From assembly GCA_030141605.1 (NCBI GenBank), contig JAQGDQ010000142.1, positions 447,333 through 511,332 of the forward strand: a stretch of DNA of 64,000 nucleotides, written 5' to 3'. This DNA is from Tubiluchus corallicola. Taxonomy: Eukaryota > Animalia > Priapulida. A program made the translations under genes and the position numbers. Below the pieces are notes generated by a model. The model ran no database searches. It was not told where the DNA came from and saw only the letters and a program-made list of their open reading frames with translations. Shown piece by piece: positions 23,076 through 44,472 of this stretch (its first letter is position 1; each line of letters opens with the position of its first letter).

Positions 23076-24737
23076 TGTTATGAATAAATTTCGGAATCAT
23101 GAATTAAGTGATTAATTAATGAAGTTATCAACTTCATCAGATTATGTTGATAAAGAGACCTCCAAATTGGATCAGAGAAATTTATTAAGAAATATGTGAA
23201 CTCACTTAGCTGGTAAAGCATATATTTATTGTAAGGCAAGGAATTATTGTCACAAGAGATGTGTTTACAAGTAATAGAACAGGTGTTCATTTAGAGAGGG
23301 AAAGTTTGTCACAGGTGTTTGAATTTAAGAGAAGCGAAGCTGAATTTTATAACTTGAAGTAGTTAAGAGTATATACCTCCTGTAATGTAATGCGAGTTGC
23401 TGGACTATAATTGGGAAGGAGCAGGAAGAAGCTCATTTCTTGAACAGAAGTTTATGACCCAAGCGACGCGAGAATCAAAAGACGAAGCGGAGTTTCTCAG
23501 ATGAGAGGCTACGCGACCTGGACATCTGGATGATCATAAACACCCAAGCCACAACAGAACCTTTGACCTATGGTGACATCTCGGGCGCGTTCCCGCGCAA
23601 AGCCATGAAGACTCCATTGGAGTATATAAGATTATGTACGGCAAGGGCTCGTGGTTAATCGTTAGGCGTCGCGAAGTGAATCGTCGTTCAGTCGTGAGTG
23701 AACAAGTTGCGGACCACGTGAGTCGTGAGTCAGGGAGAGAGGAGATCAAGTCTGGAGAGACTACAGGAACTCTGAGAGAAGCAAGGACCGCTAGACCCAG
23801 CGTAGACAACTATCTGCGTCCTCAAAGAATTGAGCACTGGATCTGAGAATTGAGTCTTGCAACGGAAACGGAATTGACCAATTGAACGGTTGTTATTGGT
23901 CATTCCACCAAGTTAAGTGAACTTAACATATCGTAACTTGAGAGCAACTCTGCATAGTAGCTTCATCACAGTAATAGACACCTTAAGTGTGACGTGTAGT
24001 CGATTGTAATAATTGTTTCACATTGTAAATTAGCACCTTAAGTGCGAAGGGAGAAGAACTAGTTAAGGAAACCGTTTAGTGTCTCTGGGAGCTAATTATA
24101 AATTGTGAGCGTCTTTGGCGATTAAGTACATACATTGTAATTTAGCTAACTAAGAGTAATTGTTGTAAACAATAAACGGATCTCGTTTAATCATAAATGA
24201 TTAGTTCGAGTATGCTTAGAGGTGTCTCAGTAAACAACATCAAATTCTGTAAACGAGTCTAAGGATTTGCTGTGTACATTAAGTATTCTACGAGTTCAAT
24301 TGCGGGAACTTTTGGTAGGTAGCTTTAGATTAAGACTCTTTCACAACGCGGAGTCGTAGAAACAATCTTGTGAAAAGGAATTATTGCTCTATAGATTTTA
24401 TCTTAAGCTCTAGTAGCCGGGTTACGAATAACCTTTTAGCAATTAATGTATTAGAGGTGAATCCCTCCTTCAGTCTTAAGTCGAGTTGTATACGATCACA
24501 TGCGTCAAATAAGAATCAATATTAATTAGGGAGATTAATATTGCACATTAAAGAGTGACTAAGATAATAAAGTGATAACTGGTACTTGGATCCAGGATCA
24601 TTAAGAAGGAGATAATACTGGAACACCAACTGCGTGGTGATCAGAGGATGTCAGTAAACTACATCTCTCCAACCAGCTTCATTTCTCAGAGTTTAGCCGA
24701 AGGTCAGCAGATGAGAGGTGATCCAAAAAGCGCTACA
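23076..24737 (+). mobile_element. Possible LTR-like (solo LTR) insertion
   Basis: Non-coding, compositionally distinct block with candidate TG...CA ends, TATA-like GTATATAAG (~23622) and AATAAA (~24171). No TSD found; boundaries tentative. Confidence 0.25.
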
Positions 24738-25350
24738 ATGATCACATCAAACACATCCTTGCCGAGTTCAATATTTCCTCTACCATCACCTGTCAATGGA
24801 TGAAATCACTCATATGGCTAGACAGCGACATTGGTTACAGGATATCAAGCACAACACATGGTAGAAATGAAATAATGACTATGTACTTGAAAAATGAAAA
24901 AAACCTGTCCTAAAGTACATATTTGTCAAGAATAGTGTCTTCGTCTAAATAGTTTTATTTTAACCCCATGTCACAAGCTCCTTTGCACTTATGTTAGACT
25001 GAACTAAATTTTCCTTTTTTTCGTCTCATTATTGACATCAAGCAAGGAAACATGCGCAAAACTGAAATCCATGAAGAGGCATTAGAGAGCCCGTGAAAAA
25101 GGTAACAAATTTCGTTTTACAAGTATGGTTTCCATATCGGCATAGCAAAAAACTTGATGAAATTAATATCTCGTAATTAATTTCGAAGGTATGGACTTAA
25201 TATGTACATATGTAAGACTCACGACAGCTCCGACAATGGTACCATTTTTGGCGATCTATATATCAAACGAAAGGTCTCGATCTGCACGCCTGTTTTTCAA
25301 CTCTTAGATATCACTTTGACGATGACTTCAAATCACGACACTTATTCTAG

Positions 25351-25918
25351 GGTAAAAGCATAAAACGTGGAATAGCTTTCACTCTGTTTATTGCAACAGT
25401 CAAGCATCTAAGACATGTGGATCAGTTACTTCTTATACCATTGACAATATACAGTGGTATAGAGCAAGCATTTGTGGCTGGAGATTATACATTAGCATTT
25501 GTTTCGTGTAGCCTGGGCCTTCACATGGTGGGTTATGTAATGATTACTTTTGGAGTCACCGATGCCACTGGATCATATCTATCAGGTCGGTTGGTGCAAT
25601 ATGTCACAAGAGTTCCCGTCTTCATTTTTGGATTCCTCATTCACTTGGCGACAGCGTTCTCTCTCTTATACTGGCGACCAGATCCAAACAAAATCGTCGT
25701 CTTCTTCGTTCTTGCAGCTCAATTCTTTGTATGGTGTTCTATTTGGTCACAGTGCGACAGCAGCATTTGCAAACTACAGACTTTGGGAAAGTCTTGGATT
25801 TGTGGCATCATATGCTTATAGTACGTTATTGTGCACTAGAACTAAACTGTGGATTGTGATTTGCAACTTACTGACAGGAGCTGTTGGTTACACCATTGTT
25901 GAGATCAGATATTACGTG
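25351..25918 (+). pseudogene. 5'-truncated, frameshifted duplicate of UNC93A (C-terminal half)
   Basis: Collinear with ~21037-21642. A 38-nt deletion at 25719/25720 removes CWGLSDAVWQTQI and shifts the frame, splitting the homology across ORFs 25417-25821 and 25550-25969. Confidence 0.9.
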
Positions 25919-26074
25919 TTAAGAAGTTCTTGCAGAGTGACAACTGCACTTTCTGGCCTATCACAGTAGTGTAATTTTGCACCTTCTGACTCACGTAGTA
26001 CTGTTATTTCATAGCTTCCGGCCGATGCAGTTGTGTGATTCCTTAGCTTCTGGCCACTTCTGCAGAAGTGTGTT

Positions 26075-26285
26075 TACGTAGCTCCTAGCTCACTGCAGTA
26101 GTGTGGTTCTGCAACTCGTAGATTTCTGCAGTAGTGTGGTTCTGTAGCTCCTCGTTCACTGCAGTAGTGTGGTTCTGTAGCTCCTCGTTCACTGCAGTAG
26201 TGTGGTTCAGTAGCTAGTAGTTTTCTGCAGTAGTGTGGTTCTGTAGCTCCTCGTTCACTGCAGTAGTGTGGTTCTGTAGCAGAAC
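26075..26285. repeat. 33-bp minisatellite, ~6 units
   Basis: Unit CTGCAGTAGTGTGGTTCTGTAGCTCCTCGTTCA; read as ATEPHYCSERG repeats on the minus strand. Confidence 0.9.
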
Positions 26286-26690
26286 AATTACTACATATCC
26301 TTATGAAAATATTAATAGGGTCATAGAACAACGGCATTTCAGTCACAATATCTTCATTATTTTTTAGATTATTGGAAGTAGTATGGCCACTGTATTTAAG
26401 CTTGGGTACAACCAGCATCACCGTATCATTCAAGTGCACATGTCCTGGTATTGCTTGCCGCAGCTTATTCGGCAAACAAATAGGCACTGATTTACCTGGA
26501 CTGAAAATAACTTTGCTATTGGATGCAAGAATTTCACACCACTTTAGCAGTGATAGTATTGCTGTAATAGAAGGACAAGTAGCAAGTGAAGCCAAACCAT
26601 CTGCATATAAAATGTAGTTGATTTTCACGTTGCCTATAGAGCAACCAGGAAGACTGTTCAATTATATAGACAATTCGTCCCTGTACACAC
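26286..26690 (-). mobile_element. Decayed non-LTR retrotransposon reverse transcriptase fragment
   Basis: GCSIGNVKINYILYADGL (degenerate YADD), FSPGKS and KYSGH follow the order of the late RT motifs. Confidence 0.75.
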
Positions 26691-27384
26691 TGGAAAAAAT
26701 AATCATGAGTTTGGTAAAATTATGACAACAGAGCACTAAAAATGCATGCTAATTAATTTTATTAAAACAATTTAGTCTTAATTTACAGCTATTTTGTCGT
26801 TTACCATTGAGTAAAAATCTATAAAATTCAACCAAATACTGATTTTGCTCGTAACTTTTTAATGTACAGTACCTATGTTTTAGGAGTCTTTATCCAACTA
26901 TGTAGGACTATAGCTGCATGTACACAACAAAAAAAACTTTCAAAAGTAACATTTAAAGAACAGTAACTTTTCCAATATTGTAGAACCGAAAATCATTTTG
27001 AGATATGGTCTCTAATATGTACTTTATTATAATTTTAGTGCTCTCATTGTAATTTTATTCTTTTAAATGTAGAATGTATTTTTATAAGTGTGTACAAATT
27101 TATGTGTAATATGCAATAATTTTAACTCGGTGAATAAATAAATTGTAACATCTAAAAAAATCACTAATACATATAGTCACATATGCCTGTGGAAACGGTT
27201 AATAGTCTAGCTAACTGCTTTCATTACGGCCATTATTATAATGGTACGGCTTGTGCTATTAACCCTTAGCAGATGGCGCGTTGTGCAAGCACATATCCTT
27301 AACTTTCAGCTTTTAAAATCCAAAAAGTCGTTCACTACTGATCCTCTTTCAGTTCACCAGCTGCTCACAAACTTAATTGAGGTT

Positions 27385-37151
<9,767 letters not shown>

Positions 37152-37599
37152 GATGAAAGTGCTATCACGTAGTCTTTTCCACTGTTTGTTATTATAGTTT
37201 GAATTTTATATCACGTACTTTGACCTGGGAAAACATAATAATTATGGTACTGTATTATGTGTGACGTTTATGCAGCAGTACCTTCTTGCTTTGTTGGCTA
37301 TAGATTATAAAAACCTCGTATGACGACGCATACAGTTAATATTTGCAGATTACAGCACGATTGGTGGTGCCTGGATGGATTGTTCACATACATATAGGTT
37401 TCAAGAATCAAAATACCAGTCATTGACAGTACTCTTCTAACGTAAGTCAGTAGTAAGTGCACATAGCTGTAAACTATAAAAATATAGGGTTATGTATTCC
37501 ACAATCAAATTTGAGACTACTTTCGGCAGCTTGCGTAACTATTGCATGTAACTGCAAGTTAACTGAATGACAGCTAAAGAGCAAAACTTTTGAGCATAG

Positions 37600-38400
37600 A
37601 GGTTTTTATATGACCGTGGTACAAGAAAATGTAATGTGGTACATATAAGGAAGAATAATCCTGCCAATGTGTAGATAATTTCAGATCATATATTACCTAG
37701 TAGCTACTGTATCCTTTGTACGTGATCCTGGCATTATGATATCAAACGATCTTAAAGTTAATTTCTAAATTAACTGTGTCGTAACTTCTAAAAAGCTAGT
37801 ACAATTTTGAACATGTTATTTAGAATATTCGAAACTAGAAATGTTAATGCACTTCTCGTGGCCTATAAGGCACGTGTCATATGTTATGGTATATTGCTCC
37901 TCTGCTTGGTCTCTATCCTATTATAGATATAGCGATATAGAAAGATATTTCACACGTAGAGTTTTCTATAGATGCTATTTAAGCTATCTCACTCCGAGAG
38001 GCTTAAGTTACTAAGCTTAGAATCTCTTGAAGAAAGACGTCTAAAAACGATTTAGTCATGTGTTATAATATCATACACAAAGAAATGGATTTAGACGCCG
38101 AAATGTTTTTCAGTCGTGCAATAGCCGATAACACTAGGCGGAACCATTCCCTAAAATTATATGTTAGACGTGTTTCCAAAATTAGTTTTGCTCATTATTT
38201 GTCAAATCGCGTAGTACTTATATGGAATTCCTTACCATCACATATAAATGGACATCCTTTAGTGACTGCCATGAATGACAAATTATTCCGGAAGCGTTTA
38301 AATGCTTTGGATTTAAATCAGTGCTTATATTATAATAGGCACATGTAACCAAAATTTTTATTGTTTAATATTATTTTAATTGTAAATAAAGCTGTAATGT
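37600..38400 (+). mobile_element. Decayed CR1/L2-like LINE 3' end
   Basis: Frameshifted remnants RDPGIMISNDL, LESLEERRLK, MCYNII and TRRNHSLKL..LSNRVVLIWNSLP, followed by AATAAA. Confidence 0.75.
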
Positions 38401-39594
38401 TGTGTATTATACAAGGCGCACTTAAACAGTCCATCCTTGTGCGTCTCTTCCGTACCCTATGACTATTTTTATTGATTGACAATGATTCAATGTTTTCATT
38501 TATCTTATTGTAATCGTTTTATGGGTGTCAAATAAGCTTAAACTTAAACATACAATAATATAAGTAATGAAATAAGGTTAAAAATAAGGTTAATATCACC
38601 CTCCAACTTCTGATACGTTGTAGTTCTTTAGTTTAGAAGCCATCTCGCAAATTAAAATATTCCTGAAGCTATTCGCTACAGTGTAGCAGCAACTCATCGG
38701 TTATGCCTATTATAGTAGTAGGCTATGGTCTAATAACTTTTGGAGACTATTTTATTCTATGGCTTCCATTATATTGCATGTATATATGTGCAAGTATAAA
38801 TATTTTTATGTGTGTGTGTGTGCGCATGTGTGTGCGTGTGCGTGTGTGCGTGCATGTGTATTTATTTACAACTACATATTTCATTCTGTATATAGCTTAG
38901 CTTAATTTGCCACATATTTATCCACAGAATTATAGTATTATTCATATAGTACTATTCATGTAGGTATGTACAGTATGTAAAATTTTTGTGTATGTTTGTG
39001 TAAATATGTTTCCTATAATTTCAAATTGTTTAGATTAACAGTGTACGTTTACATTCACCATTATATCCTATTGTTATTTTTCATCACTTCATTAAATTTT
39101 GTCCTGTATCAATATTTTTGATCACTGTACAATATATTATAAAGTTTAATATTAGAATAATGGCAACATGAACAAGGCTTACCTTTGAGGTTTGGCAACG
39201 TGAATGTTAAAAAGCTAGTTATTAATGCTTATGTGTGTTTACAAGATGTATCTCTGAAGGATATGTGAAAATAACGATATTTTTATGTACGATTATGTAC
39301 AATCGTTGTCATTTTTAAAAATTGTTTATTTTATGCATACTAATTTCTTTATTTTTTGTGTGTGTTTATGCTAACTTTTCCTTGTTATATTTTGTGTATA
39401 TGAATATATGTGCTGTATCTGTATGCAACGGTGCTGAATAAAAGAATAATAATAATAATATGTTCCTCTCGCATTTGGTTTTATATTGATGTATCTTGAT
39501 GTAGTACTGTTACTAACCATGGCCATGTATGCGAAATAAAACGATTCTTATCTGGCAGTAGTATGGTTATGTACGCTTATATACCAGGTTTATT

Positions 39595-39817
39595 AAGTGG
39601 CGTTTACGTAGCATCCGGATGCTGATGCGTTTTGGGCATGCGACGCCCGGTGCGAGATAGATAAAATTGGTTTATATTGTTTTCAATGCTCCCGTTTATG
39701 CAGCTTGCATATGCGTTATCCTTTTTCTGCAGTTACTTCCTATTGATTTTTTTCGCAGGCTATTCCGCAGTGGAAAACGCATCCGCATACGCATCCGGAT
39801 AGAATAAAACGCCACTT
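39595..39817. mobile_element. Palindromic MITE
   Basis: Termini AAGTGGCGTTT / AAACGCCACTT with internal inverted GCATCCGGAT motifs. Confidence 0.6.
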
Positions 39818-40519
39818 GTTTTGTATTAGTATTGTTTTGCAAGCAGCTTTTGATGTGCAAAGTTTTCAATTTTTCAGTAGCTTTTCTTCTGGCAAGGATT
39901 ACGCAACGAAGGCTTCGTAAGTCACATTAATGGTTTCATTCAATTCTTCTGTGAAAAGCTACTGGTTCACATTAATATCTACGTCTTCCTCCCGGGTAGA
40001 ATTTGAAAGTGCCACACACAAATTTCACATTCTAAGTAACACGTTGTTAACTACTATCATGGTGTACATTTTTTGGTAAAAATTCGTAAGTTTTCACAGC
40101 TTTTCCACACACTTTTCACATTTAGATTTCAATTTCCCAATCTGAGCCAGTTTAGACCAACGTGGTCTGTCACACGAGTACTGTAGAAAACTCTCCCAGC
40201 GATCTCTTAAAACACCAGATAGAACAGACAGCTGCTGGTGATTCCAAAACGGCTTACTGTGTTGGCGGATTCTTTTTCGTTTTAATACATTCGTATTACG
40301 TTATATTAGTTTTTATATTTTTGTGTATAATAGCTTACTTTTTGCGCAAGTCGCGCTCTCTCTCTCTCTCTCTCTTACCAACACTACGTGCGAATAAAAA
40401 CGGCTCACTTAGCAACATTCTAATGACACAACAATAATGTCACGCGCCATACAAAACACGTTTGCAACAGTCAAAGTGCACTATCTGTTTTACCACAGTA
40501 GCCAGAGCCATTTCTTAAC

Positions 40520-41413
40520 ATGCCTGGAATACTGCAACATCAAGAGACGGAGAATCGTAGCGAGAATTACGTCAATGGCAGACGTGACTCGACTAACAAC
40601 CCTATATGTGAAATTTTGACAGAACTTGCAGTTTTATACGCCACGAGTTCTGTTGAAATAAATGAAGCACAGCGACTGATTGATGACATACGTGAAGGTA
40701 CAGATCATGCCAGGCAAATTCAATCCATTGGAGAAGCGCTAAAACCCACGAGATCGGTCAATTCTGCAGCTAAGGACCTTTTTTTACTCAATACAAGTTC
40801 TGTAGAAGCAACCGAAGCACATGTACCTGTCTTGACTGATAGCATACCCGAGAGCTATATAGATGAAACACCACTCGTTGGAGGTCAGACTTTTAGTTCT
40901 ACAGATAACGACCTTTGCAGCACTAGTTCACTAGAAGCAAGTGTAGAAGTTAGTGAAATACCAGTTAAAGATGTTACCGATTCATTGATGGATCTAAGCG
41001 TTAACGAAGCAGGAATAGTGAATTCACGCACTAATCGGGTAATACATAATATTTGTCCAATTGAAAGGCGCACGTCTGCCAGATTGGCTGGTCCTTCCCA
41101 GTTCTGTCGACCGCCAACATCAGGAATTCTCAAACGAAGACATCAAGAAGAGGATAGCATTTCCGAAGCGGCTGCAGTGTCGTCAAAGAGACGCAAAGTT
41201 TCTTTCGTGCCTCACGTCGAGGAAACCATTATTGATGACTACAATGGTGCCGTCATCACCAGCGGATTTCTGCCACTAAGGAGGCACGACAAAAAATGTT
41301 GCTTGAATAAAAATAATAATTGTAACATCGTCGAAGGTGCACATGAGGATGTATCCATAGTTGAAGATGAAGTTTTAGATGATACATACGACACGTTCGA
41401 GTCAGCGTTCTAG
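40520..41413 (+). CDS. Intronless orphan protein, 297 aa, acidic and likely disordered, with SILK-like (GILK) and RVxF (KRRKVSF) PP1-docking motifs
   Basis: 894-nt uninterrupted ORF, more GC-rich than its flanks and non-repetitive; motif block PPTSGILKRRHQEEDS...SKRRKVSF. Confidence 0.6.
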   Translation: MPGILQHQETENRSENYVNGRRDSTNNPICEILTELAVLYATSSVEINEAQRLIDDIREGTDHARQIQSIGEALKPTRSVNSAAKDLFLLNTSSVEATEAHVPVLTDSIPESYIDETPLVGGQTFSSTDNDLCSTSSLEASVEVSEIPVKDVTDSLMDLSVNEAGIVNSRTNRVIHNICPIERRTSARLAGPSQFCRPPTSGILKRRHQEEDSISEAAAVSSKRRKVSFVPHVEETIIDDYNGAVITSGFLPLRRHDKKCCLNKNNNCNIVEGAHEDVSIVEDEVLDDTYDTFESAF

Positions 41414-42794
41414 GTAGCAATACTGAAAGTGTAAAAATTGTATATTTTAATCTTATTGTAGATCTTGGCCCACGAAAATCGTTTTTGTTTTTCATTGTTT
41501 TATATGCTCTTTGTTTACGAAACTATTTTCCTTATTTGTTATTTGTGTGCGGCCAAATCTATCAAAACTTCCAAGTGATTTATTGTTTTTCTTGTTTCTC
41601 AAGTTTGTTTACTTTGTTTACTAGAGTCACTCCAAACGTTCGGTACCTTTTCTCATTTGTATAACTTACAGAGAAAATAGGAAACAATCATTTTAAGAAC
41701 TCTGACCTACTGGCCAAAAACTGGTCAAGTCTGATTTACATAGCACACATCTGTAATGAATTATCTACAGCTGGGCAAGGAAAACTAAAAGGAGATTGAT
41801 CGTCAAGTAAAAAATATTAAGCTGGTAAGGAGGAGTACAAGAAAAACAATCCTCGAGGAAAAACTGTCCAACTCGAGTTAGAGCAACTATAGCATCAAGC
41901 AAAAACTACGAAAGCTGGGCGGAGACAACTGTAAAGGAAATAATCTCTAAGCACAAACTGTTCAAACTGGACAACTATAAAGAGAGTATTCACAACTGTA
42001 TAAAATAGAAGACCTTTGATATGAACGTCTTTACCAAATCTGGTAACACGAGCTCCGATCTGTTACATATGTTCTTGATGTTGCCTTTATACAAAAATTA
42101 TCTTAATATTTTTGTAAACTCGCACTAAGTAAGATACATATCTCCTGATACCACCCATTTTGCATTTGATTTCTTTTAATTGACATGACCCTTCTCCCTT
42201 TGTAGTATAACGTGTCCTTTTAACCAATCACTGTTTTCCAGGAGTGTGAGTAGCTGACCCCCTCTGGGCTTTTCTGTCATTTCAAGAGTTTTATGCTGTA
42301 TGAAATGGGGACTCTTGAGGTAATCTTAGTGCATGTCCAATCCATTGCAATCTTTATACTTGGATTTGTTTACTTTAAGGGTTGTTCTTCACCACATCAT
42401 ACAAGTCATCAATGTATATATTCCGTCAGGCCTATTTAATTCCCGAACTTTCTACCGAGACAGCGTCAATTTCCTTCTTTTGTTTAACTTTTATTGTCCA
42501 TAATTCACCATGATTCAAAAATACAGGTTCAACTAAAATTGAATGATGGTTAGGTTACTGTGGACTTAATAATCGACTTTTTTTTTAAAAAAGCAACTCG
42601 ATTACAGATTTCGTACATTCAGGTCCAAAATTGAATTGACATTTACATTTTTTTAAATTAATGACAGAGTGAAAAGGAAACGAAGCTGATTATAATCAGC
42701 AACATCGATAATCACTTCATGGCTACTTTAAGTGGGAAGAAAGGGTATTTTAAAGTGTATACCAAAGAATTTTCCATACAACGTTATATATTAC

Positions 42795-43405
42795 TTAAAG
42801 CAAAACCGGACCCAATCTGAAACTGTAGGTTAAACAATCTATTCTTTAAAATATTGGCAGGATGTTATTTTTTCAAAATGACCTACGTGAAAGAACTATT
42901 ATCACACAAACACAATTTCACGTTCACGCCACTAGTTCTTCGCTGTTACATGCATTTCGCCATTCGATAGTTAGACGGGCACTAGCGCCAAGCATTTCTG
43001 AAAGTGTTGCCCAAAAATAGGTGGTGTACCTCTCAGTTCAGATGTGTTGATTTATGACGAACTGCACACGTTCGACAGCTCAAACGTGAGCACAGCAGCA
43101 AATTTGAAATTTGAATTTTTTTCTTAAAACTTGCCTAGTTCTAGTACAACATACTGAATATCTTACAGTACTTCAATTTTCGCCTTCTTAAACACGTGCA
43201 ACGCGCTCATGGAATATTTTTGCCGTTGAAAGTAATGTTAGTTTGTGATGCATCAATAGTTGGGCTCGCCCACCGCTAATTAAGATTTTTATCTACTATT
43301 TAACTATCAGAAACGCTTTTGAAGTATTATTGATGTTAAAATGTATACTTTTGATTGTACTTGAAAATGGGGTAGTATATGAAAAATCATCCTGGCTTCC
43401 TTTAA
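42795..43405 (+). mobile_element. TTAA-flanked family A element, copy 4
   Basis: TTAAAGCAAAACCGGA...TCCTGGCTTCCTTTAA. Confidence 0.82.
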
Positions 43406-43479
43406 TATTACGCTTACCTGTTTTCAAAAGCTTATGTAATTGAAAAATTCTTAGCAATTAAAAATATTCACGCCACCTG

Positions 43480-43830
43480 GTAAAACGGCACTCATCGCTA
43501 TCCCAGTGTGCACCACTGACTCACCAAAACACATTATTGATCTTATTAACAATATAAAGTAATTTAAACTTTTGCTTAGTTAGTACCGAATGCACTTGTA
43601 ATGCTCTGATTATTTTTTTAAATTTTATGCAATGTTATCTAAGCGTATTTCTAAAAGTGCTTCAAACGACTTACTGTTAAAATGGTTGCACCTAACGGTC
43701 ATCGCGCGAGTTTAAATTTACTACTTTTATACAGCGTTACTGCTAACGCAAGCATTGTAGCCAGTAAGACAGCATGTAAGTGATATAAAATTTCAAGATG
43801 AATTTCTTAAGCTTTTATTTATGAAGAGTG
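43480..43830. repeat. Dispersed repeat, related copy at ~61740-61970
   Basis: Shared ATCCCAGTGTGCACCACTG, TTTTTGCTTAGTTAGT and AAGTGATATAAAATTTCAAGA blocks. Confidence 0.75.
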
Positions 43831-44269
43831 TTTTCTTGTGCTTTAATTAACACTGTTATTTAACAAACTCGTCATGAGTTTTTTTTATCAAAGTTGTGTG
43901 ACTGTAGTTTAGTGGTAGCGACAAGCATAAAGTTACAGAGATAACAGCACAAACACACAGATTTATTAACTTTTAACTTTATTTCAACGTAAATCGTCAA
44001 CTGTTTATTTTAACACTTAGAAACGCACAATGGCGCCAAGGCAAGAAAGCTGCCAAATTTCAGACAACCATGAATGTATCAAAGTTTCAGAAAAAAGTTC
44101 ATGAAAGAAGCATTCACGAGTTTCATGTGTCCATAATAATATGTAAAGAATGAAATAATGAATGAAACGACAGACTTTCTGTCTGCCGTGCCATCACCAC
44201 AATATCAGCAGTAACAGTATTTTCACATTAAAGAAGATTTACGGGAGCTTCGATACATGCCTTACGTCT

Positions 44270-44472
44270 GCGTTCAGACTAGCGAGTTTTCTCGCCAGTA
44301 ACTCGCAAGCGTGTTCAGACTAGAGATCAAAATTTGCTGCGAGTTACTTTTTGAGAAGTGTCGAGAGTAACTCGCCGAGGCGTTCACACTAGACAGTAAA
44401 TCAACTCGCGGCAACTGTCAGAGTTTGCAATTTCTTGGCGACAGACAAAAAAACTCGCTAGTCTGAACGTGC
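44270..44472. mobile_element. Palindromic MITE (possibly PIF/Harbinger-like), related copy at 50642-50855
   Basis: CGTTCAGACTAGCGAGTTTT...AAAACTCGCTAGTCTGAACG with internal reiterations. Confidence 0.7.

Noticed and set aside
26075-26285. CRISPR-like periodic 33-bp repeats
   Set aside because: No unique spacers, no cas genes and a eukaryotic context; it is a minisatellite. The same applies to 61040-61260.
37160-37270. ATCACGTA repeats upstream of ARSG as CLEAR/TFEB sites
   Set aside because: They do not match the TCACGTGA core.
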